Notes: generated by a model from the sequence alone, not told the origin. A DNA stretch of 64,000 nucleotides from Kiritimatiellia bacterium (GCA_024694365.1 JAILJX010000099.1:6250-70249); one strand, 5' to 3'. Positions 45,048 to 55,124 are shown, counted from the first letter of the stretch. Numbers and translations are program-made.

Positions 45048-45782
45048 TTAGATACTAAGGAACTTTTGCCAATCCAATATCTCAGCAAAGCCAGAAAGAG
45101 CAATCTGCCTTCTGCCGTATATCTGCTTTGCGTAGTCCCATTCTCGGTTAGGCATCTTCCAGTTCCCGTATTGCATTGTCAAAACCTCCTCATAATTACT
45201 CGGAACCAAGAAACTGATGTCATGAACTTTTAAAGTCACTAAATTGGCAATTCGCGGTCTGAACTGCCTAATTCCTGGGCGATGAACCGCATCACCCTCA
45301 TTCATATTGAATGTGTAGACTTGCGTATAAAACTCCTCGCCATCATTGAGATAAGCAAAAAAATCAATGGGGACGCCCTTGTACCGAACTGTAACTTCTG
45401 TAATTGCCCCCTCATAAAGGAAAGCATGGATAAATTCAAATCCCTCCGACAGAAGAGCACTAGCCAATCTCTTGTAATCGCATGTTTCTGGAAACACGGA
45501 AAAATCCATATCCAAATCATGCTCCACAAATCCACCATCTCGTATTACACCTAACAACGTACCAAAATCTGCGAAAGATCGAATTTCTAGTTTTTTAACG
45601 GTTTTAGCTATAATGCCAGCAGCCTCATATCCATATTTATGCAAACAGCGATTTTGCAAGGCGTTGTTTACTCTCAACGCCCTTGCATAACGAAAGTCGT
45701 CAAATCTCTTAACAAATGAAGAACCAATGCTAGACTTGCATAAAATTTTTCTAAAATACTTTCGCATCATGTAGTTCCCCAA
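45048..45782 (-). CDS. LicD-family phosphotransferase
   Basis: ADFGTLLGVIRDGGFVEHDLDMDFSVF matches the LicD motif (GTLLG..R..GFIPWDDD.D). It lies directly downstream of the phosphonate genes. Confidence 0.75.
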   Translation of the reverse strand: MGNYMMRKYFRKILCKSSIGSSFVKRFDDFRYARALRVNNALQNRCLHKYGYEAAGIIAKTVKKLEIRSFADFGTLLGVIRDGGFVEHDLDMDFSVFPETCDYKRLASALLSEGFEFIHAFLYEGAITEVTVRYKGVPIDFFAYLNDGEEFYTQVYTFNMNEGDAVHRPGIRQFRPRIANLVTLKVHDISFLVPSNYEEVLTMQYGNWKMPNREWDYAKQIYGRRQIALSGFAEILDWQKFLSI

Positions 45783-45799
45783 CTTTCAATGGAAAAAAA

Positions 45800-47095
45800 T
45801 CATATCAGCTGCAATATCTCTTTGATCGGCATGCAGAACTCGGCGCTTGCCTCCTGGGCGCGTTCGCACTCGAGGATGCGCTCGGCGCAGGCCTTCATCG
45901 CAGGATAGGAGGCACGGAGTAGCTGATTCGCGTAGATTACGATATTGACCCCAATCTTCGCGAGCTCGGTCTCGGTAATCTGCGCATATGTCGAGGGGAC
46001 CACCACTATCGGCTTATCGGCCGAGACTTCGGCGCGGAAGCGCTTCACGAAGGAGACTATCTCGTCTGGCGTCTTGGCCTTCGAGTGGATCATGATTCCG
46101 TCGGCTCCCGCTTCGCAGTACGCCTTGCAGCGCACGATTGCGTCGTCCTCGCCCTTGCCGGCGATGAGCGACTCGCAGCGAGCGATTATCATGAATTCGT
46201 CCGTTATCTGGGCCTGCTTGCCCATCTTTATCTTGTGGCACTGGTCTTCGATGGAGGCCTGCTGCTGGACGTTCCCCTGCTCGAGGAGAGAGTTCTGCTT
46301 GAGGCCGACCTTGTCTTCGATTATGACGGCGGACACGCCAAGACGCTCGAGGGAGCGGACGAGGAACGTGAAGTGCTCGGGAAGTCCGCCAGAGTCGCCG
46401 TCGTAGATGATGGGCTTCGTCGTAATCTCGAGGATGTCGTTGACTGTGCGAAGGCGCGAGGTGATGTCGACGCATTCGTTGTCGGGCTTGCCCTTCAAGG
46501 TCGAGTCGGTCAAGGAGCTCAGCCACATCGCGTCGAATTCGTGCTTCTTGTTGTCCTTCGTGACTGAGGCGTGCTCGACGATAAGGCCCGAGAGCCCTGA
46601 ATGCGCTTCCATCACGCGAACGATAGGCTTCGCGTTGAGAAGCCTCCTCAATCTGCGGCGGCGGATATCGGGCGTAGTCCCTACTTCACGTATCGCCTTG
46701 TTGAGCTGAGTCGATGAGATTCCGGGCGTATACTCGGGCTCGTAGAGCTCACCGCCCCACTGAGCGAGAGTGTCTATCACTCCTTGGCGAGTCTTCGCCT
46801 GGACGCCTTCGCGCCAGTCGGTGCCGTGGACTACATAGTCGGGCTTGAGCTTGAGGAGATTGGGGATGTAGTCGAGCTGTTCCTGCGGGATGACTTCCTT
46901 GACGCCCTTCAGCTGGGCGACAACCGCAGCGCGCTGCTCGTAGTTCATGTAGGGGAGGCGCTTGTAGCTCGCGATAGCGGCGTCGGTAAGTACGCCTACA
47001 GTCACGTCGCCGAGCTTCGCCGCTTCCTTGATGATGTTTAAGTGGCCGGGATGGATTATGTCGGCCGACATCGCTACGTATACTTTCTTGGCCAT
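45800..47095 (-). CDS. pepM: cytidylyltransferase - phosphoenolpyruvate mutase fusion
   Basis: The N-terminus [29 protein letters not shown] carries the HxGH nucleotidyltransferase motif. It is followed by a PEP-mutase/isocitrate-lyase fold ([14 protein letters not shown]..., [35 protein letters not shown]). AAGGAG lies 7 nt upstream of ATG 47095. Confidence 0.85.
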   Translation of the reverse strand: MAKKVYVAMSADIIHPGHLNIIKEAAKLGDVTVGVLTDAAIASYKRLPYMNYEQRAAVVAQLKGVKEVIPQEQLDYIPNLLKLKPDYVVHGTDWREGVQAKTRQGVIDTLAQWGGELYEPEYTPGISSTQLNKAIREVGTTPDIRRRRLRRLLNAKPIVRVMEAHSGLSGLIVEHASVTKDNKKHEFDAMWLSSLTDSTLKGKPDNECVDITSRLRTVNDILEITTKPIIYDGDSGGLPEHFTFLVRSLERLGVSAVIIEDKVGLKQNSLLEQGNVQQQASIEDQCHKIKMGKQAQITDEFMIIARCESLIAGKGEDDAIVRCKAYCEAGADGIMIHSKAKTPDEIVSFVKRFRAEVSADKPIVVVPSTYAQITETELAKIGVNIVIYANQLLRASYPAMKACAERILECERAQEASAEFCMPIKEILQLI

Positions 47096-47106
47096 TCCTG
47101 TTCTCC

Positions 47107-48006
47107 TTAGACAAAATGTTCTTTTCTGACCTCGCAAGGATTGTTGCTGAGGCGGGCTGGGTTTACATTCTCGAAGATCTTGTCGATTAGCGCGCCTCTA
47201 TCGAGGCACTTCTCTTCCGCGAACCGGGTGAGTGTCCTCAATTCGGCGACTGGCTTTATGTACTCCGGATGGCCATTCGCCCTGCACACAGCGGGAAACA
47301 TCATGTAGACCGCCTCGCCATGGGGGACTCCATAAGTAGCCGTCATATAGTAGGAGAATGCGTGCGCAGCGGTCGTCCTCGATATGTCTATCGCGCGGCC
47401 CGCCCAATACGAGCCGAGGAGCTGCTCGCCCTTCGCCATCAGTTCGAGCGCCTTCTTCGCGTAGCCGCGCGACTCGTCTGTCGCGCCCTTCGCCCATAGC
47501 GACTCCACGGCCTGAGCATAGGCGTCGAATGCACAGGAGGCTTTCTGGTAGGCGGAAGCAGAGGCGCAGAATTCAGGTATGAGTATCTGATCTGTCGGGA
47601 GGTAGCAGAGATTGTCGGCTGAGCACTTCTTACCATGGTCGTAGTACACGGCGAAGCGAGTCGCTTCAGCGCCTGTTCCGGCGGTCGTCGGAATCGCTAT
47701 GTAAGGGATTTGGGCCTCGCCGCGAAGGAGCTTCGTTGTGTCGATGACTGTACCACCACCGACTGCGATATAGGCGTCAGGTGCTTCGCCGACCTCTTTC
47801 AAAAGCTCTTCCACATTCTCTTTGCGGGCATTCTCGCCGGCGGTCTTGAGATGGGTGATCTTCTTATCCTTCAGGAACGGCGCGAGCCATGCTTCCGCGC
47901 CGCACTTCGCGTAAGACCCTCTCCCCGTTACGAGCACAATCCTATCCTTCCCCTCCAACCACTTGGAAAGGAACTCGGAGCCGTCTTTAAGTCCGTATGT
48001 CATCAT
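47107..48006 (-). CDS. iron-containing alcohol dehydrogenase (phosphonoacetaldehyde reductase-like)
   Basis: [29 protein letters not shown] and [10 protein letters not shown]...GVPHGEAV are Fe-ADH signatures. It sits between the ppd and ppm genes. It is short for the family (299 aa). Confidence 0.7.
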   Translation of the reverse strand: MMTYGLKDGSEFLSKWLEGKDRIVLVTGRGSYAKCGAEAWLAPFLKDKKITHLKTAGENARKENVEELLKEVGEAPDAYIAVGGGTVIDTTKLLRGEAQIPYIAIPTTAGTGAEATRFAVYYDHGKKCSADNLCYLPTDQILIPEFCASASAYQKASCAFDAYAQAVESLWAKGATDESRGYAKKALELMAKGEQLLGSYWAGRAIDISRTTAAHAFSYYMTATYGVPHGEAVYMMFPAVCRANGHPEYIKPVAELRTLTRFAEEKCLDRGALIDKIFENVNPARLSNNPCEVRKEHFV

Positions 48007-49067
48007 TTCGCGAGCGTCTCCATGAAGAGCTTCTTGTTCACCTGCGGCGGCTCTTTCGGCCGGCCGAGATCCGCGCGCGCGCCTTTCGCGACGAGAACCA
48101 TCTTGAAGGTCGGGTGGCCGGGGAGATTGTAGCCGCAGGCAGAGGCGATTATCGGGAGGCTGATTTCGCCGCCGACTGTGGGCTGGCCGCCGACAGAATC
48201 GTGGGCGGCGTTGTTGAGGACGATGTGCGTGAGGTTGGCGCAGGCCGAGGCGCCAGCGATCGCCATGTTGCCCATCTGCATTATCGAGGCTCCATCGCCG
48301 TCGAGGCAGATTACGGGGCGGGAGGGCTGCGCCTTCGCTATTCCGAGCGCGATCATTATCGCGTGGCCCATCGAGCCGACGGTGAGGAAGTCCTTCGAGT
48401 GATCCTGGCCAAGGCGCTCGCGCGTCTCGTAGAGCTCGCGCGAAATCATGCCGGTAGTCGAGACGACGACTGCATCGGCGGGGAGAGTGTCGAGGATTTC
48501 CTCTATCGCCTTCTCGCGCTTCAGGAGGGCTATGTCGGGCTTTTTATTCTGGAGGGTGTATGTCTCAAAAAGCCCCTTTTTGACGACGAGGGCGACTGGG
48601 CGCGATTCGGCCAGCGCGCGGGCCACTGCGGCGCGGGCCATTGCGAGGCCGGCCGCTTCATCGTCTGGGAGGACGGAGGTAGGGATGCCGAGAGTCTCGA
48701 AGAGCGAGAGCGTCACCTTCCCCTGCTTCACATGCTGGGGCTCGTCCTTCTTTCCGGGCTCGCCGCGCCAGCCTACGAGGAGGACCATCGGGATTGAGTA
48801 GACGTCAGGGTCGGCGAGGCTCGCGAGGGGATTCACCGCATTGCCTTGGCCGGAGTTCTGCATATAGACGAGCGCAGGCTTCCCTGTCGCGAGGTAGTGG
48901 CCCGAGGCGAGCGCCACCGCGCCGCCTTCATTCGCTGTTATCGTGTGCTGGGTGCCGCATGTATCTGTCACATACGCGCAGAAGCTCTTTAGGAGCGAAT
49001 CCGGTACACCGCAGAAGAAGTCTACACCTTCACAGGCCAATGCTTTAACGAATTTTTCGACATTCAT
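48003..49067 (-). CDS. aepY: phosphonopyruvate decarboxylase (ThDP-dependent)
   Basis: MNVEKFVKALACEGVDFFCGVPDSLLKSFCAY...ANEGGAVALASGHYLATGKPALVYMQNSGQGNAVNPL...LDGDGASIMQMG. Confidence 0.85.
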   Translation of the reverse strand: MNVEKFVKALACEGVDFFCGVPDSLLKSFCAYVTDTCGTQHTITANEGGAVALASGHYLATGKPALVYMQNSGQGNAVNPLASLADPDVYSIPMVLLVGWRGEPGKKDEPQHVKQGKVTLSLFETLGIPTSVLPDDEAAGLAMARAAVARALAESRPVALVVKKGLFETYTLQNKKPDIALLKREKAIEEILDTLPADAVVVSTTGMISRELYETRERLGQDHSKDFLTVGSMGHAIMIALGIAKAQPSRPVICLDGDGASIMQMGNMAIAGASACANLTHIVLNNAAHDSVGGQPTVGGEISLPIIASACGYNLPGHPTFKMVLVAKGARADLGRPKEPPQVNKKLFMETLAK

Positions 49068-50488
49068 TTGTTTGCCTTCTTGTATGCGCCTTTAACGCCT
49101 TCCCACCAAAGTTTTCCGCCGATGCAGATATATGACTTGTTCAAATCGATTGTCCCTGAGAACGGACTGTTCGATCCTCGATTCGTGCCGAACTGGAGCT
49201 CGAGTCCGCCGAAGACAGGCTCCTTGGAAGGAATCTCCTTAAGCTTCCTCCAGCCATTGTTCCAGACGAACCATGCAAACGCCTTCTTGTCCCATGTGCA
49301 CTTCACTCGATAGTTGGTTTTAGGTTGCAACGTCAAACCTATTCCCGTCCCGCCAGCCAAGTTCCATCCGCTGCCAGTCGTGGATAAATAGCCGACAAAC
49401 TGGCTTCCGCTGATATAGAACGGCGTGAAACCGCATTTGCTGCCTATTCCACCCATCAAACCGCAAGTGCCTACGCTTGCGCCTGTAGTGAAATCTATCA
49501 CGGCCTCGACAATCTCATTCTTCGGCTCAAAAGCGGTCTTTATCTTTGCGTATGAAGAGCCGCTGAATCCACTTAAAACACCCCTATCCTCTTTGATCAA
49601 TCCACCAACCAACAGAACACCGATATGCTTCGCCCGCCCAACATTCCGCCCACCTTTTGCGCTGCCGGCACTGACTCCTGACGCTTGGCCCCTGGCTTCT
49701 ACCCTCTCTTCCCACTCCTCCACTCGCCTTTCCGCTGCAACGCGCTGGAGACCGACGAATTTGTCGTCCTTAAGCGCCTTCCTATAAAGCGAAATCGCGT
49801 GCTCGGCGATTGCCTCGGCGAGGAACGGCGGCTTCACTTCGCCCACTTCCCACCATGCATCGGCGATCTTCTGGGGCGCCTCGTTTTTCTGCTCGAGTTC
49901 CGCCGCCTTCCTTATCGCCTCATTGTTCCCCTTCGCCAGCGCCTCGATTGCCGCCGGCCAATTGCCCATCGCCGCCTCGTAGGCGCCTACCTGAAACTGG
50001 AGTTTTCTGTTCTGCGGGCTCTTCTTCGAGGCAGCCTGCGCCTTCTTCAGTTTAGCGGCATACTGCTGGCGCTCTTTGAGGGCATTGTAACGCTCCCTGA
50101 CCGGTCCGCCATTCCCAAAGCCTGCTGAACGCAGGGCCTTGTCGAGGAGAGCCGATTCGTCCTTCTCTCGCCAATCGGGCAGCGCTTCGCGCAGCGACAC
50201 GAGGGTGGAGGCCGCGTCGTCGAACTTGTCGGCGCGCATGTATTCTTCGAAGGCGCCGGTCATGAGGAGATACTTCTCCGCGGGCTTCTCCGCCTCGTCC
50301 GCAAGCGCCATCGCCGCATCCGCCACCTGTTCATGGGTCTTCTTCCCCGCGCGCGCGGCTGCGAGATCCGCGGCCATCAGATTGTCGACGAGTTTCCCGG
50401 CCTTCGCGAGTTCATCCTGCGAAGGAAATGCGAAAGTCCCGCCCCATGCCAATACCGCAAACGCTATCACCAAAGCCAATTTCATCAT
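49064..50488 (-). CDS. secreted hypothetical protein (signal peptide, helical repeat region, beta-rich LamG/lectin-like C-terminus)
   Basis: MMKLALVIAFAVLAWGGTFAFPSQ is a signal-peptide-like N-terminus, followed by an Ala/Lys-rich helical middle and a Gly/aromatic beta-rich C-terminal 190 aa. ATGA overlaps at both ends (50485-50488, 49064-49067). Confidence 0.6.
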   Translation of the reverse strand: MMKLALVIAFAVLAWGGTFAFPSQDELAKAGKLVDNLMAADLAAARAGKKTHEQVADAAMALADEAEKPAEKYLLMTGAFEEYMRADKFDDAASTLVSLREALPDWREKDESALLDKALRSAGFGNGGPVRERYNALKERQQYAAKLKKAQAASKKSPQNRKLQFQVGAYEAAMGNWPAAIEALAKGNNEAIRKAAELEQKNEAPQKIADAWWEVGEVKPPFLAEAIAEHAISLYRKALKDDKFVGLQRVAAERRVEEWEERVEARGQASGVSAGSAKGGRNVGRAKHIGVLLVGGLIKEDRGVLSGFSGSSYAKIKTAFEPKNEIVEAVIDFTTGASVGTCGLMGGIGSKCGFTPFYISGSQFVGYLSTTGSGWNLAGGTGIGLTLQPKTNYRVKCTWDKKAFAWFVWNNGWRKLKEIPSKEPVFGGLELQFGTNRGSNSPFSGTIDLNKSYICIGGKLWWEGVKGAYKKANK

Positions 50489-51696
50489 CGTCTCCCATTA
50501 TCCACAGCACATACCTTTCGATAAATCTCTGCCGTTTCTCTAGCACACCGTTGCCATGAAAACAATTTTACTCGCTCTAGCGCACAAGCCTTGAGGCGTT
50601 CCCGCTGTGCAGCGTCGGATAACAAATCCAAAATACAACTCCTCAATCCCTGCGCATCCCCCAAGGGAAAGTACAAACACGCATCACCTGCCACTTCGGG
50701 GAAACATGATGCTTTCGAACATACGACAGGGCAGCCAGATGCAAATGCGTCAAGAATCGGGATTCCGAAACCTTCATATCTAGACGGATACACAAATACT
50801 ACCGCGTTAGCGTAAAGCGATGGCAATTCTGAATCATCAACAAATCCCTGAGAAACTTGTTCTGCAATACCTAGGCGATTGATAGACGCCTTCTCTTCAT
50901 CAGAGAACGGGGTGCCGGTACAAAATACTGACAATGACTTGTCTTGTGCAAGAAGAGGCGCTACTGTCTCAATAAAGAATCTGAAATTTTTATACCCGCC
51001 CCGTTTACCGACGAATAAAAGATACCGATCAGTCAACGGCTTGACCGCAAGGTCCTTATATGCAACCTTTTCTCCTTGCAGACCAGTATAACCGTGGTAG
51101 ACGACTGAAATCTTTTCTGGCTTCGCCCCGTAGAGCCTAACGAGATCGTTCTTGGTGTTATTTGACACGGCAATAATATGATCCGCATCTTCCAGAATCC
51201 GTCGTCTCATTCGTGAAACACGCCTATCAGAATGAAAGAGTTCGGGTATCAAATCATGAACCGTCGCCACTATTTTCTTTTTCCCGACAGCCCCTCTCCA
51301 CCAATTCGAGTGGGGATGTGGATCCGTTATATGTAATATATCGAAGTCACTCTTTTTAACTGCCGCGGCATGAGCTCTACGATTGGCCAGCTCCAAAGAT
51401 GGGAAAATATTAGGCAGGATATGCGCCAGTAACGAATACAAATGACTCACCCCTCTGAAACTGTGCCCGTGCAAATAATTTTGTATAAAGTCTTCAGCAT
51501 TCTGCCTTCCGGGAGGTAGGCTGAATGGATATGCTTGCAAATAGGCATTTCGGCTGAATTTAGCCGAGAACCTACCAACACAATCATCTGGCAGATTTTT
51601 GACCAACTCAGTAAAGTATTTCGAGACCCCACCATGAGGCTCTCTAAACCCCAAGTCATCGTACAGGATTTTAATTTTTCTGCCAACTGCTAGCAT
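50485..51696 (-). CDS. glycosyltransferase family 4
   Basis: LLFVGKRGGYKNF..., FVYPSRYEGFGIPILDAFASGCPVVCS. Confidence 0.85.
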   Translation of the reverse strand: MLAVGRKIKILYDDLGFREPHGGVSKYFTELVKNLPDDCVGRFSAKFSRNAYLQAYPFSLPPGRQNAEDFIQNYLHGHSFRGVSHLYSLLAHILPNIFPSLELANRRAHAAAVKKSDFDILHITDPHPHSNWWRGAVGKKKIVATVHDLIPELFHSDRRVSRMRRRILEDADHIIAVSNNTKNDLVRLYGAKPEKISVVYHGYTGLQGEKVAYKDLAVKPLTDRYLLFVGKRGGYKNFRFFIETVAPLLAQDKSLSVFCTGTPFSDEEKASINRLGIAEQVSQGFVDDSELPSLYANAVVFVYPSRYEGFGIPILDAFASGCPVVCSKASCFPEVAGDACLYFPLGDAQGLRSCILDLLSDAAQRERLKACALERVKLFSWQRCARETAEIYRKVCAVDNGRR

Positions 51697-51740
51697 AATA
51701 CTATACGCCAGAAATCGCCAATTTTATAACAATTTACTTC

Positions 51741-53114
51741 CTATCGTCCAACATATAGAGTTCTGAAGCCGATTTTATTCAGCGCCATTGCGTCCAAACA
51801 GTTCCTCGTGTCGAAGACGAGCGCCGGCTTTCGCATGAGGCCGTATATCTTCGCCCAGTCGAGAGTCGGGTAGAGCTTCCAGTCGGTCATCACTATCACG
51901 GCGTCCGCGTCCTTCGCGGCTTCATACGGATCCTCGACGAGATCGATCGAACCGTCCATCAGGTCGGCGAGATCCTTCTTCGCGTTGGGGAGGGCCTTCG
52001 GGTCGGTGATCGCGAGGCGCGCATGCTCTTCATGGAGCATGCGGACGACCGCTCCCGAGGGTGTTTCGCGCGTATCTCCCGTATCGGCCTTGAAGGCGAA
52101 GCCGAAGATGGCGAGCTTCTTGTTGGCGATCGTGTTGAAAAGCGCGTGGAAGAGCCTTTCGACTATGCGGCGCTGCTGCGAGTCGTTCATCGCGATCACC
52201 TGGTTCCAGTAGGCGGCCGCATCCTTGAGCCCGAACGATTCGCAGAGGTAGACGAGGTTCAAAACATCCTTCTTGAAGCAGCTCCCTCCGAAGCCTGGCC
52301 CCGCCTTGAGGAACTTGGAGCCGATTCGGGTGTCGGCGCCCATTACGCGGGCGACTTCGCCTATGTCGGCGCCTGTCGCCTCGCAGAGCTGGGAGAGTGC
52401 GTTCACCGAACTCACGCGCTGCGCGAGCATCGCGTTCGCGGCGAGTTTGGTGAGTTCAGCGCTCCATACGTTCGTCGTAAGTATCTTTTCGCGCGGAACC
52501 CATCCATCGTTCTCGCCGGCATAAATGTCGACAACCTCGGCCACCGCTTTCCTGCCCGCTTCGTCGGTCGGCCCGCCGATAAGAACGCGGTCGGGGGTGA
52601 AGAGGTCCTTTATCGCAGTTCCCTCGGCGAGGAATTCGGGGTTGGAGAGGACGGTGAAGTTGAGGCTGTCGTGCGTATTCAGGATCGCGCTCATCGCAGC
52701 GGCCGTGCGGACGGGGAGAGTCGACTTTTCGACGACTATCTTGTCGGACTCGGCCCACTTCGAGATGTTCCTCGCCGTTGCCTCCCAGAACTGGAGGTCG
52801 CTAGCCCTTCCCGCTCCCCGCCCGAACATCTTGGTGGGCGTATTGACGCCGACGAAGATTATGTCGCACTTCTTGATGGACCCTTCAATGTCGGTCGTGA
52901 AGAACAGGTTCTTGCCGCGGACTTCCTTGACGACTTCGTCGAGCCCCGGCTCGTAGATGGGGAGATTGTCGGAGTTCCAGGCGTCGATCCTCTCCTTGTT
53001 GATGTCGACGACCCACACCTTGCGCGAAGGATTCATCTTCGCGATTACGGCCATAGTCGGGCCTCCGATATAGCCCGCTCCTACACAAACGATATCTTTG
53101 TTCATTTCCCTCAT
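51741..53114 (-). CDS. ugd: UDP-glucose 6-dehydrogenase
   Basis: IVCVGAGYIGGPTMAVIA...WNSDNLPIYEPGLDEVV...GFGGSCFKKD...FGFAFKADTGDTRE. The start may be ATG 53105. Confidence 0.9.
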   Translation of the reverse strand: MREMNKDIVCVGAGYIGGPTMAVIAKMNPSRKVWVVDINKERIDAWNSDNLPIYEPGLDEVVKEVRGKNLFFTTDIEGSIKKCDIIFVGVNTPTKMFGRGAGRASDLQFWEATARNISKWAESDKIVVEKSTLPVRTAAAMSAILNTHDSLNFTVLSNPEFLAEGTAIKDLFTPDRVLIGGPTDEAGRKAVAEVVDIYAGENDGWVPREKILTTNVWSAELTKLAANAMLAQRVSSVNALSQLCEATGADIGEVARVMGADTRIGSKFLKAGPGFGGSCFKKDVLNLVYLCESFGLKDAAAYWNQVIAMNDSQQRRIVERLFHALFNTIANKKLAIFGFAFKADTGDTRETPSGAVVRMLHEEHARLAITDPKALPNAKKDLADLMDGSIDLVEDPYEAAKDADAVIVMTDWKLYPTLDWAKIYGLMRKPALVFDTRNCLDAMALNKIGFRTLYVGR

Positions 53115-53268
53115 CTTTTAATTCTCCGCCGCTTCTCTACTTCTTCGTTGCTTTTACGCATTCAGCCTCCGCCCGCATGGCGCCACAATATTCAAAACTA
53201 TCCGCCGATTCTGAGTCATATTACCATCTTAATAAAGCACAAACCAAACTAATAACAACTCTAGTAGC

Positions 53269-54120
53269 TTAAATCTCTATGCCTGGCAAAAGATGTTTCA
53301 ACCAAACGCCCTGCCGAAATATGTCTCCCGAATGACGGTAAAGATTTATCCGCGACAATATGTTGCTCATCGTGTCTGAATCGCATGCAATCCCACTTCT
53401 AACCAGCCCTTTCACGACTTCCAGAAAGTAATCATAAGTCCGCTTTTGGGTCCCATATGAGATTAACGGAATGCTCGTGAGCACATGAGACTCCAGCTCA
53501 TACGATGATAATGAGGTTCTTCCTGTGCTCTTATTCATATACTTGCACAATCTAACCACATTTCGAACAACATTGCCGCCAACGAATGTGTTTAATTGCA
53601 TCAACTTAGGATCTAAATCCCTGGGAGAAGTGTACATCCATCCAGTAGAATACATTCCGGTTTGCGGTATGTAATACCCCCCGGTCCACGCATCCCGTAC
53701 GGCTGGAACTAAGTCGTATTTGATATAATCAAGCTCAAGCTTTACTGCAGGAGCGTCTTTCCTGACGTCTGACCTCGGATACTTCCCGGCGACAAACGCC
53801 CTTAATCTGTTCCTGCAACATTCTGGATCAGTATCCGTAAGATTTCCACGAAAGACCACCATTATATCAATGTCTGATGCTTCGTCGTATTTTCTTGGAA
53901 GAATAGTATTTCTGGTCCACGACCCAAACACAAGGGTTTCATCAACTTCCAGCTTACTGTTTAACCAAGTTTGCAGATTTTCTATCGAAAGCTTAATCCG
54001 GGATCTTTCTGCAGCAGACCACCCTAAGACTAGCTCCCTACCCGCGAAACTTTCTAATGAGCCATTAAGCATCGGTGACACCCCTCCCAATAAAGCTTTC
54101 ATGCGCTCTTGCGACGGCAT
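53269..54120 (-). CDS. SMODS / CD-NTase-like nucleotidyltransferase (Pol-beta superfamily)
   Basis: VFGSWTRNTILPRKYDEASDIDIMVVF gives GS...D-x-D. The third acidic residue is in KYDLVPAV, followed by ...VVRLCKYMNK. The start is uncertain: ATG 54072 would give an 8-nt ATGCTTAA overlap with the upstream 4TM gene. Low GC. Confidence 0.7.
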   Translation of the reverse strand: MPSQERMKALLGGVSPMLNGSLESFAGRELVLGWSAAERSRIKLSIENLQTWLNSKLEVDETLVFGSWTRNTILPRKYDEASDIDIMVVFRGNLTDTDPECCRNRLRAFVAGKYPRSDVRKDAPAVKLELDYIKYDLVPAVRDAWTGGYYIPQTGMYSTGWMYTSPRDLDPKLMQLNTFVGGNVVRNVVRLCKYMNKSTGRTSLSSYELESHVLTSIPLISYGTQKRTYDYFLEVVKGLVRSGIACDSDTMSNILSRINLYRHSGDIFRQGVWLKHLLPGIEI

Positions 54121-54976
54121 TCTCGGTATTTTGGCGCGAATTCAAACTCATTCTGTATAGCCACTCGGGCACAAGAACGCAATTTGACCTGCTTTCGTAT
54201 ATTAAATCTTGCGCCTCCAAAAGTTGAGCGCCAATCATAACATCATTTTCGAGAGCCTCCTCGATACTGCCCTCTATAATGTTCAGTTTAGACAGATTAA
54301 ATAAATCATTACAGATTCGAACGAGCAGCCTAAACAAATAAGAACACACGCCAGCACCGGCAGAGAGGATTGCTATAGCCTTACTCACTTTTTCATCCCA
54401 GACCCCAACCACTACTAGAATGAAAAATGTGATTAAGCCTAAGCCTATTGTAATCGCCATAATGACCCTCAACTTGAAGTCCCACCTGATGTTCTCCTTT
54501 TGACATCGGAGAACTGCCTCCTGCGAACTTAAGGCCGAGTAATCCGAGTACCAATTTTGAACGCGCTGGATATCCGTGGCCCTTTCGCATGCACCTATTG
54601 AGATCTCCTTTGCAATTTCACCCTTCAGAGGGACATCCCTCCATCGAGATAATTGATCAGACGTAAATGCGTCTTGGAATATCTCCCTATCTATGAACTG
54701 CTGAAGTCGAGCAGCACGTTTTCGCAGTTGACTGACGCAGAACTCCCCTGCGAGCATTAGTATCCACACAAGTATGGTAGCGCCGAAGACCGATGCAGAG
54801 GTCCAATCAGATATGCCACGTAAGGATTCTCTACACAATGTAAACACCGAAAGCACAATTGCACTTGTCATCGGCACATATGCCCACAGTTTGGCACGAG
54901 CATACAACTCCCGTTGCGCCACGAGGCACTTCAATATATTCGGATCATTTTGCCGGATATAAAGCGAATTCGCCAT
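54065..54976 (-). CDS. 4-TM effector-like membrane protein (S-4TM / SLATT-like)
   Basis: Two N-terminal TM helices (LWAYVPMTSAIVLSVFTL, VFGATILVWILMLAGEFCV), a soluble helical segment with LQQFIDREIFQDAF, then two more TM helices (IMAITIGLGLITFFILVVVGVW, AIAILSAGAGVCSYLFRLLV). It is coupled to the nucleotidyltransferase gene. Confidence 0.6.
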   Translation of the reverse strand: MANSLYIRQNDPNILKCLVAQRELYARAKLWAYVPMTSAIVLSVFTLCRESLRGISDWTSASVFGATILVWILMLAGEFCVSQLRKRAARLQQFIDREIFQDAFTSDQLSRWRDVPLKGEIAKEISIGACERATDIQRVQNWYSDYSALSSQEAVLRCQKENIRWDFKLRVIMAITIGLGLITFFILVVVGVWDEKVSKAIAILSAGAGVCSYLFRLLVRICNDLFNLSKLNIIEGSIEEALENDVMIGAQLLEAQDLIYESRSNCVLVPEWLYRMSLNSRQNTENAVARAHESFIGRGVTDA

Positions 54977-55124
54977 CCGATAGTAACTAAACGAGCCTGA
55001 GTACTAGAATTTCAACTGCGGCTTCTGTAGATCCCGCATCATCTTCCGCATCACTCGCAATTTATGAACCTCGGGTCTGACCTTAAGTTCATTAAATCCT
55101 ACATGCTCTACATGTTCTGCACGG

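Noticed and set aside
46541-46565. ttcgtgcttcttgttgtccttcgtgac in the PEP mutase gene as a sixth copy of the 9-mer element
   Set aside because: The spacing and flanks do not match the element. The encoded TKDNKKHEF lies in a segment that PEP mutases of this fused type normally possess, as far as I recall.
52023-53252. 409-aa plus-strand ORF antisense to ugd
   Set aside because: The ugd motifs on the minus strand are unambiguous. The plus-strand frame is a GC-driven open shadow.
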